Below, piece after piece: positions 7,399 through 14,058 of a DNA stretch of 15,523 nucleotides. How positions within the stretch are numbered: the first letter of the stretch is position 1; every line of letters begins with the position of its first letter. The translations under genes were made by a program, and so were the position numbers. The notes under the pieces are model-generated. The model was given only the letters and a program-made list of their open reading frames with translations. It did no database searches and was not told the DNA's origin. The DNA comes from Gemmatimonadota bacterium (GTDB taxonomy: Bacteria; Gemmatimonadota; Gemmatimonadetes; Gemmatimonadales; GWC2-71-9): assembly GCA_039588295.1 (NCBI GenBank), contig JBDHAB010000059.1, positions 1 to 15,523 on the forward strand, written 5' to 3'.

Positions 7399-9459
7399 AT
7401 GCCAGTGTATCGCCAAGCCGCGAGAGTCCTTGCCACCGTCGCGGTGCTCGCCGCCGCCGGTCATTCCGCCACCCTCGCCCAGGGCGACACGATTAGAGTC
7501 GAGCGCGCGGTCATCGACTCACTGCGCCAACTCGGGCGGCCGCTCGTCTACGACCGAGTGTTCGCCTGGGTAGAGCAGGTGAACGTGGTCGACATGATCC
7601 CCCAGGCCCAGAGTGGCGATACCGGTCAGGACAGCGAGCCCAACATCGCTGTCGATCCCAGCAATCCCAACGAGATCGTCGGCTCCGCATTCACGCAGAA
7701 CCCGACGGGAGCGACGAACCTGGCCCCGGTCTTCGTCTCGACGGACCGCGGTAACACCTGGGCACTGAGGAACATCGTGCCTAGCGGCAACGGCATGACC
7801 GGAGACATCTCCGTCGCCTTCGCCAGGCGAGACCAGACGCTGTATGCCGGCATTCTGCGTGGGGGGTCCGCCTTTCGGCAAATGATCCTCCGCACCGACG
7901 ATCCGTTCGCCGGCGGCACCATGACCACGCTTGTGGACCATAACGCCAACACCTACGACCAACCCTACGTATCGGCGACCACGGCGACGGTCGCGGGCGC
8001 GAATCGCGACCGCGTCTACGTGGGCTTCAACGATCTGGACGAGTGGTCGGGTGCCGGGGGATCCGGCCAGACGGCGTCCAGCGAGTTCTCCCTGGATGCG
8101 AGGACGGCCGCGGCACCGGCCGGGTTCGGAATCGCCGGGATCGAGGCACGGACCACCGCCGCGCAGGACATGCCCGCCGTGCGGTTCGCCATCCATGAAG
8201 ACGGTGTGATTTACGGGGTGTTCTACCGTTGGGATTCCGGCAACACGCCCAATGCCGTGTGTGACGTGGTTGTCGTGCGGGATGATGGCTTCGCGGCCGG
8301 GGCGACACCGTTCACGGCGCTGACCGATGCGAGTGACGGCCTGGCCGGGCGCCTGGTCGTCACGGGACGCACGGTGCCCGCATTCGGAGCTGGCGGGACC
8401 TTCCTCGGCCAGAACCGGCTGGTTGCCTCGAACCTCTCCATCGCCGTGCACCCGAACAACGCCGGCATCGTGTGGATCGCCTATGCGGACCGGGTAGGCA
8501 CGACGGACTACACGCTCCACGTGCGGCGCTCCACCGACAGCGGGACGACATGGAGCGGGGATCTCGTGACGGTGACGAACGCCACGAATCCTGCCTTGGC
8601 CATCAACTCGAGCGGGGTGCTGGGATTCCTCTACCAACAGCTCACGGGCACCGCACCGAACCAGCGGTGGGAAACGCATCTCCGGCGCACGACCACCGGA
8701 GTGGGCTGGAGTGATCTCCTCCTGGCCGACACGCCCGACAACACCCCTCCACCGGCCGGGTTTCAGCCGTACATCGGAGACTACGTCGACCTCGTGACGG
8801 TCGGCCGGAGCTTCTACGGAGTGTTTTCGGCTTCCAACGTGCCCGATCTGAACAACTTCCCTCAGGGCGTGACCTACCAGCGCAACGCGGACTTCACGAC
8901 GAACCAGTTACGAGACGTGACCAACACGGCCAACGTCGATGTCTCCATCGACCCGTTCTTCTTCAGGGTTACGCCACCCACGATCTTCCACCTCTGTGAG
9001 TATCGTCCCGATCTTTGTCGGATCGTCGAGCTCGCGCCGGGGCTAATAGAGATCGACGTCATCGAAAACGTCCCAACCCTGGTCGTCGATCCGATCCCCC
9101 GGAACTGCTTGCTGAAGTGGTCATGTCCGGGCTGCGAGGGTGGTGGCGCTCTCTGTCCACCGTATTATCACATCTTCATCGAGGACCTCGATCCGGAGGT
9201 GTGGACGGTGCAGCTGTTCGGCAGGAACGGAGAGATCGTCAAGCACCGTGTCAACCAGCACGAGAACGGAATCGTCCTCAGTTTCCGACCGAGGAGGGAC
9301 AATTTCCGCGAGGGAGAGATTGGTGACTACGCGATCGGATTCCAGAGCATCGGGCGAGTGACCGGGGGCCGGCACGTCTTCCCGACGCGTCTGGAGGTCA
9401 GCGACTTCCCGTTTCGCGAGCACATGAAACGGAGGGGGGGCGCGCGAACGCCCCAGTAG
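7399..9459 (+). CDS. Secreted Asp-box (BNR) sialidase-like beta-propeller protein with Cys-rich C-terminal domain (686 aa)
   Basis: GGAGGT RBS; signal peptide ending TLA|Q; SEPNIAVDPSNP, Asp-boxes STDRGNTW and STDSGTTW, YIGDY motif; C-terminal CLLKWSCPGC...LCPPYYH. Confidence 0.85.
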   Translation: MPVYRQAARVLATVAVLAAAGHSATLAQGDTIRVERAVIDSLRQLGRPLVYDRVFAWVEQVNVVDMIPQAQSGDTGQDSEPNIAVDPSNPNEIVGSAFTQNPTGATNLAPVFVSTDRGNTWALRNIVPSGNGMTGDISVAFARRDQTLYAGILRGGSAFRQMILRTDDPFAGGTMTTLVDHNANTYDQPYVSATTATVAGANRDRVYVGFNDLDEWSGAGGSGQTASSEFSLDARTAAAPAGFGIAGIEARTTAAQDMPAVRFAIHEDGVIYGVFYRWDSGNTPNAVCDVVVVRDDGFAAGATPFTALTDASDGLAGRLVVTGRTVPAFGAGGTFLGQNRLVASNLSIAVHPNNAGIVWIAYADRVGTTDYTLHVRRSTDSGTTWSGDLVTVTNATNPALAINSSGVLGFLYQQLTGTAPNQRWETHLRRTTTGVGWSDLLLADTPDNTPPPAGFQPYIGDYVDLVTVGRSFYGVFSASNVPDLNNFPQGVTYQRNADFTTNQLRDVTNTANVDVSIDPFFFRVTPPTIFHLCEYRPDLCRIVELAPGLIEIDVIENVPTLVVDPIPRNCLLKWSCPGCEGGGALCPPYYHIFIEDLDPEVWTVQLFGRNGEIVKHRVNQHENGIVLSFRPRRDNFREGEIGDYAIGFQSIGRVTGGRHVFPTRLEVSDFPFREHMKRRGGARTPQ

Positions 9460-9533
9460 CGCGACTTCCTGTAGAGGCGAAGCCGCCGAGTTCTTCCGGT
9501 GTCCTGACCAGGGTGCGTACCTCATGACCCCGA

Positions 9534-9700
9534 CTGAGGTGTCTTTGTAGTCGACCAGACATAAGGGAGCTGCAAGGGGCTACTTGCTCCCTGAGCGCCG
9601 CCCGCCCCGCGCCGGGCGGTCTGCTTGGGTCGTGAACACCCTAACGAACTCTCACGCGGCGCAGCGTGGCACCTAAGATCATTTCCGATAATTCCGTCTC
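9534..9700 (+). mobile_element. Candidate orphan IS110-family non-coding end (bridge-RNA-like structured RNA), no transposase
   Basis: Consecutive hairpins (9541-9560, 9564-9592, 9598-9619, 9627-9641, 9653-9668). Blocks GTCGACCAGACATAAGGGAGCT, CGGTCTGC-TGGGTCGTGAA-ACCC, ACGCGG-GCA-CGTGGC and GATCA-TTCCGA resemble IS110 5' ends as I recall them; not database-verified. Confidence 0.55.
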
Positions 9701-9825
9701 TGTTTCTGTGCATGCGCGGCTCATAGTTTGAGCGTGAGTCATCCTCGGAGGCACCCGTGCGTGCCCTCACATCGCTCGCCGTTCTCGCCCTCGCGACGTT
9801 CGCCGACGCCATCGCCCAAGAGCAG
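9697..9825 (+). repeat. Copy B of the shared upstream region + RBS + signal-peptide module
   Basis: Aligns with 386-515. Encodes MRALTSLAVLALATFADAIAQEQ versus MRAHALLAVLVLAPLTDAMAQDQ in copy A. Confidence 0.8.
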
Positions 9826-10686
9826 GCCTCCACTCCCAGAAGGATTCTCTTTGTGGCGGTTCGCCCCGCACACCAGGGCGAGGAGATCTACAGCGTCAAT
9901 CCCGACGGGACCGACGAGCGTCGTCTCACGTATTCCGGCGAGGGGAAGAACAGCAACATCCCGCAATGGTCACCGGACGGGACGCAGATCGCGTTCGCGT
10001 CCAATCGGGAGGATGATGATAGCAGGAGCAGTGTCTACGTTATGGATGCTGATGGGACGAATGTTCGCCGCCTCACACCAGTCGGATCACGTGACTACTT
10101 CCCGATTTGGTCGCCAGATGGCACGAAGATAGCGTTCATGTCATCGCGGGACGGTAATCAGGAGATCTATGTGATGGGCTCCGATGGCTCTGACGTGCAG
10201 CGGCTAACGGAGAACGACGTATTTGATGCCGCCTACTTTTGGTCGCCCGACGGTCGGCAGCTCGGCTTCACGTCCGATCGCGATGGGGCTGGGATGATCT
10301 ACCTCATGAAGGCCGATGGAAGCGGTGCGCGGGCCATTGGGCCGGGCCTTGGCGGCGGGTGGGCGGAGGGCGAGCATCAGGTGTGGTACATGGATTATCC
10401 GGCCTCGATCAAGAACGGCGTCCCGTGCTACGGCGTGATGGATCTCGAGGGAACCGTGGTAGAACAGTGGTGCGGCCGCAAGCCGAACCAGGGCCTCAAA
10501 CACGCCATGTGCTACGCTCCCGATGAGACACAGATCGCCTTCCCCGCCATTCCGGATGGCGAAGCGAGCTTTCCAGTGACCGAGGAGGAACTGAATAAGG
10601 CCGAGCTGTACGTCGCTGATGCGAACGGCTCAAACGTGCGAAGGCTAACGTTCAACGAGACGTACGAAGGCCACTGCAGTTGGTGA
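9757..10686 (+). CDS. Secreted TolB-like PD40-repeat beta-propeller protein (309 aa)
   Basis: Signal peptide; repeated PxWSPDGxxIAFxSxR and IYVMxADGxNVRRLT units. Lacks the TolB N-terminal domain and tol-pal context. Confidence 0.9.
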   Translation: MRALTSLAVLALATFADAIAQEQASTPRRILFVAVRPAHQGEEIYSVNPDGTDERRLTYSGEGKNSNIPQWSPDGTQIAFASNREDDDSRSSVYVMDADGTNVRRLTPVGSRDYFPIWSPDGTKIAFMSSRDGNQEIYVMGSDGSDVQRLTENDVFDAAYFWSPDGRQLGFTSDRDGAGMIYLMKADGSGARAIGPGLGGGWAEGEHQVWYMDYPASIKNGVPCYGVMDLEGTVVEQWCGRKPNQGLKHAMCYAPDETQIAFPAIPDGEASFPVTEEELNKAELYVADANGSNVRRLTFNETYEGHCSW

Positions 10687-10755
10687 CTGCCCCGCGCCTG
10701 AACCCCGCCCGGTACCGACAGGTCGGGCAGCGCCGCACGTCCCACCGCGTCTGAG

Positions 10756-10771
10756 TGGCCTGTACTTTGCA
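10756..10771 (+). promoter_or_regulatory. Sigma-54 (-24/-12) promoter
   Basis: TGGCCTGTACTTTGCA fits TGGCAC-N5-TTGCW with exact GG-N10-GC spacing, 24 nt before ATG 10796. Confidence 0.65.
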
Positions 10772-10795
10772 CTAAAGTGCATGTCGGAGGTGCCC

Positions 10796-11221
10796 ATGAG
10801 TACGGTAGACCGAAGGATGAGCGGGTCCGAGGTGCGAATCAGGTTCGAGGATTTTGCGCTTCAACAGCTGCCCGACAGCCGGTGTTCGGCGCGTGTCGTG
10901 CTGGCTTGGCAACCTGGTGAGGAGTTTGTCGGCACCGCAGAAGGCGAGGACTCACCCCAGGGGCAGCTGAGATTGGCTGCCGAAGCCACGGCGCGTGCAC
11001 TCGAGGCAGCTACGCACGGGGAAGTGGGGTTGACGGTGATATCCGTCAAGGCGCTCGACACACTAGAGACGGTTCTCGTAGTCGTCTCGCTGTCCAGCCT
11101 CGTTGAGCATCGGTCAGAGCGCCTCGTTGGGTCTTGCCTCATCAAGAACCGTCCGGCGCGTGGTGCGGCGCTGGCCGTCTTGAATGCAACCAACCGGCTG
11201 CTGAACATCTACTTGCGCTGA
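10796..11221 (+). CDS. Conserved hypothetical protein, possibly LeuA-regulatory-domain-like fold (141 aa)
   Basis: GGAGGT RBS before ATG 10796. Two beta-beta-alpha units: FVGTAEG...LAAEATARAL and LVGSCL...AALAVLNATNR. Confidence 0.75.
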   Translation: MSTVDRRMSGSEVRIRFEDFALQQLPDSRCSARVVLAWQPGEEFVGTAEGEDSPQGQLRLAAEATARALEAATHGEVGLTVISVKALDTLETVLVVVSLSSLVEHRSERLVGSCLIKNRPARGAALAVLNATNRLLNIYLR

Positions 11222-11381
11222 CGTCGAGGGTGCCGGGGTTGTGGATCTGGCCAGGACGGCGTAACGGGGTTGAGGGGATCGCGGAGCAAGTCAACAGAGG
11301 TAGATGAGCCGTTCAGCGTGTATCCGGTCTCGCCAAGTGACGGCACGCCCAAGTACGAGTCACCGCTACGGCGCGCCGCGG

Positions 11382-12137
11382 TCACCCGCGCTCGGGTGCG
11401 TCTTCCGCTGGTGGCCGGCGTGTGTGTCGGCGCCGCCACTCGCGCGTGTCCATCAGCAAGGACTCCACGTCGATGCCCGGCTGTGACACGCGGGCGCGCA
11501 CGGAGCCACCCGAGATGATGAGTTTCATCGCGTCTTCGACGGTCGTATCGACCTCACGCACCATCGAGCGCGGCACCACCAACATGAATCCAGACGTCGG
11601 GTTCGGCGTGGTTGGCAGGAAGACGTTGACGCACGGCTCTCCGGCGATGTCGGACAACTCAGACGCGTCCTCGTTGGTCATGAACGCCACGGCCCACATA
11701 CCCGCCGTTGGGTACGGTACCAGGACCGTCTTGATGAAGAGGCGGCGCCTGCTCCCGATGACTGTTTGGACGATCTGGCTCACGGAACTGTAGATCCGTC
11801 CGGCCAACGGGAACCGCGACAACGTTCTGTTCCACCAGAGCAGCATCTGCCGGCCCGCCGCCCGATGCACCACCCACCCGACGAGCGTCAGCAACACGAT
11901 CAGGATCACGAGCCCGAGTCCCGGCAGCCAGTAGCCGGTGGCTTGCCGGAGCGGGACACCAAGAATGGAGTCGATGGACATGAACAGCCAGCGGAGCACC
12001 GCGATCGTGACGCCGATCGGTGCGGTCACCACCAGGCCGACGAGGAAATAACGCCGCAGGCGGCGGCCGAGCGGCGCTCTTGTGTAGGTCGCGCTGAATT
12101 GGGAGGTGCGCGGCGCGGTCATGGAGCACTCCAGCAA
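11382..12137 (-). CDS. DUF502 membrane protein
   Basis: YFLVGLVVTAPIGVT, PGLG, P-x-x-G-x-IYSSVSQ, VFLPTTPNPTSGF and VEDAMKLIISGG motifs. Start TTG 12137 (AGGAGG 8 nt upstream) or ATG 12122. Confidence 0.92.
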   Translation of the reverse strand: MLECSMTAPRTSQFSATYTRAPLGRRLRRYFLVGLVVTAPIGVTIAVLRWLFMSIDSILGVPLRQATGYWLPGLGLVILIVLLTLVGWVVHRAAGRQMLLWWNRTLSRFPLAGRIYSSVSQIVQTVIGSRRRLFIKTVLVPYPTAGMWAVAFMTNEDASELSDIAGEPCVNVFLPTTPNPTSGFMLVVPRSMVREVDTTVEDAMKLIISGGSVRARVSQPGIDVESLLMDTREWRRRHTRRPPAEDAPERG

Positions 12138-12145
12138 CGAGAAAT

Positions 12146-12226
12146 CCTCCTATAGCCTCTCCCCGCGGCGGGACGCTCGCAAGGGGGGAAGGCGAGCCCA
12201 GCATTTCGGGTGAGAGGCTGGGCTCG
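12146..12226 (-). ncRNA. Candidate structured leader or 3' end of a small RNA upstream of DUF502
   Basis: Perfect 10-bp stem 12193-12202/12217-12226. Competing pairings 12175-12180/12192-12197 and 12154-12165/12207-12219. Confidence 0.4.
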
Positions 12227-12419
12227 TGGAGAAAACCCAGAGGCAGAGCCGAGCGAGTTTGACGACGCCAGACCTCAACGACCGTCACTGCTTGCAACTG
12301 AAATCCCCACGCTCCACCTTTTGTACCGTGACCTCATGTGCACTCGCGTTGTTGGATCGTCACGTACTCAGACGCCCTGAGGTACCCGTGCTCCTCGATC
12401 GATTGAGTCGTTTACACCA

Positions 12420-13997
12420 ATGAGACTATGCCCGACCTGCGGCGGCGAGTGGTCTGATCAAGATCAGTTCTGTCCACGAGATGGTGCTCCTCTGAAGCCG
12501 GCGGGGATCGGCGACCTGGTGGGCACTGTCCTCGCAGAGCGCTACGCCATCAAGCAGAAACTCGGCGAAGGGAGCATGGGTGTGGTCTATCTGGGCGAGC
12601 ATGTTCGGATCGGCGCGCTCAGAGCCATCAAGGTCATCAGTCCCGCGATGGCCCGTAATGCGGAAGCGGTCGCGAGGTTCACCCGGGAGGCGGCTAATGC
12701 TTCCCACGTGAATCACCCGAACGTGTGCATCATGCACGATTTTGGCGAAACGGCCGAAGGGTTGGTCTATCTCGCCATGGAGTACATCGACGGAGAGAGT
12801 CTGGGTGACATCATCCGTCGGGAAGGGCCGCTGCTACCGCACCGCGCGGCCGAGATCACGAAGCAGATCGCGGCTGCGCTCGGTGCCGCGCATCACCAGA
12901 ACATCGTGCATCGTGACCTGAAGCCGGACAACATCATGATCACGCGGACGCCCCAAGGGAGTGAGATCGCCAAGGTTGTCGACTTCGGGATCGCGAAGGC
13001 AGTGGGCGGCGAGGAAGGTCAGAGCATAACTCGCACCGACCTCGTCGTAGGCACTCCCGAGTACATGAGCCCGGAACAGCTTGCAGGCGACGTGCTCGAC
13101 GGCCGCAGTGACATCTATTCGCTTGCGCTCGTGCTCTACCGCATGCTCACAGGCAGATTGCCGTTCGAGGCCAACAGCGCCCAGGAGGTGCTGCTCAAAC
13201 GACTCGCTGACGCGCCGCTCAGCCTCAACGACGCCTATCCCGACGCCAGGTTCCCACCGAGCCTTCAGGAAACGATGGACCGAGCCCTGCAACGGATGCC
13301 GAACGACCGGTACGCCACGGCCGAGGAATTCGCGAACGACGTGTTCACTGCGGTCACCCCAATGCCACGGCGCCGGGCAGCAGATCGTCTGCCACGCCCC
13401 GCTCCCGTTGCGACCGACAGCCCTGCAATCCCTCCGACTCGTGACACAACTCGGTCGGCAGGCAAGGTGGCCTGGCGGCGTGTCGCGTTGGCAGCCGGGT
13501 TAGTGGTTGCCGCAGCCTTTGCCATCGTGACAATCGCGAGTCAGCTCACGGAAATCGATGATGGGTCCCTTGAGCCGCGAGGCTCTGAGTTGGCGTCTGC
13601 TGAACAGGAGACATTGCAGGCTGCGCAATTGTCGGACACTGGGGCGGGCATGTCCGGCGGCATAGACACAGCCCAACCACGTCCTTCAGTTCCCGCTCCG
13701 CCAAGTCGAGGAAGCCTGACTGTCGAGGCCGGGATGGCGCTCGTGGACTTGATGCGCCGCCTCAGTTCGGCCAACCCCGACCTGACTGCCATTCGAGACA
13801 GTGCGCTCGCGCTGTACGACGCAACCAGACTCCCAGACAGCACGCGGGCCGACGCCGCCCACATCGTGGCGGACGTACTGCGGCAACTTGGTGACCGACA
13901 GGGGGCTCTGGAGTGGGCGAGAGAGGCTGTGCGACTCGCGCCCAATAAGGATTCGCACCGAATACTGCTCGAATCGCTGGGGGACGCCGGAGACTAG
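12420..13997 (+). CDS. Hanks-type Ser/Thr protein kinase with N-terminal zinc ribbon, TM helix and C-terminal TPR-like helices (525 aa)
   Basis: CPTC...CPRD; LGEGSMGVVY, AIK, HRDLKPDN, DFG, GTPEYMSPEQ, SDIYSL; hydrophobic VALAAGLVVAAAFAIVTIA; LGDRQGALEWAREAVRLAP. Confidence 0.95.
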   Translation: MRLCPTCGGEWSDQDQFCPRDGAPLKPAGIGDLVGTVLAERYAIKQKLGEGSMGVVYLGEHVRIGALRAIKVISPAMARNAEAVARFTREAANASHVNHPNVCIMHDFGETAEGLVYLAMEYIDGESLGDIIRREGPLLPHRAAEITKQIAAALGAAHHQNIVHRDLKPDNIMITRTPQGSEIAKVVDFGIAKAVGGEEGQSITRTDLVVGTPEYMSPEQLAGDVLDGRSDIYSLALVLYRMLTGRLPFEANSAQEVLLKRLADAPLSLNDAYPDARFPPSLQETMDRALQRMPNDRYATAEEFANDVFTAVTPMPRRRAADRLPRPAPVATDSPAIPPTRDTTRSAGKVAWRRVALAAGLVVAAAFAIVTIASQLTEIDDGSLEPRGSELASAEQETLQAAQLSDTGAGMSGGIDTAQPRPSVPAPPSRGSLTVEAGMALVDLMRRLSSANPDLTAIRDSALALYDATRLPDSTRADAAHIVADVLRQLGDRQGALEWAREAVRLAPNKDSHRILLESLGDAGD

Positions 13998-14058
13998 CGG
14001 TAGAGCGGCCAGTGTGGGTGTCGCCCAAAAGGTAGCGTAGGTCCTGCACTCGCGCGCG

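Noticed and set aside
9511..9600. Cloverleaf-like fold as a tRNA or self-cleaving ribozyme
   Set aside because: No T-loop GTTCRA, no CCA end, wrong arm sizes, and no hammerhead, twister or pistol core recognised.
9652..9661. TCACGCGGCG shared between the IS110-like segment and hairpin copy 2 (3192-3201), tempting as a guide-target match
   Set aside because: A GC-rich 10-mer can recur by chance, and it lies in a stem-loop rather than a predicted guide strand.
9757..10686. Calling this gene tolB
   Set aside because: PD40 repeats only; no TolB N-terminal domain and no tolQRA/pal neighbours.
10685..10698. GACTG direct repeat (also 9532-9536) as the right end of a cargo element spanning the TolB-like gene
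   Set aside because: Only 5 bp, it overlaps the stop codon, and I found no matching left donor guide; needs an empty-site comparison.
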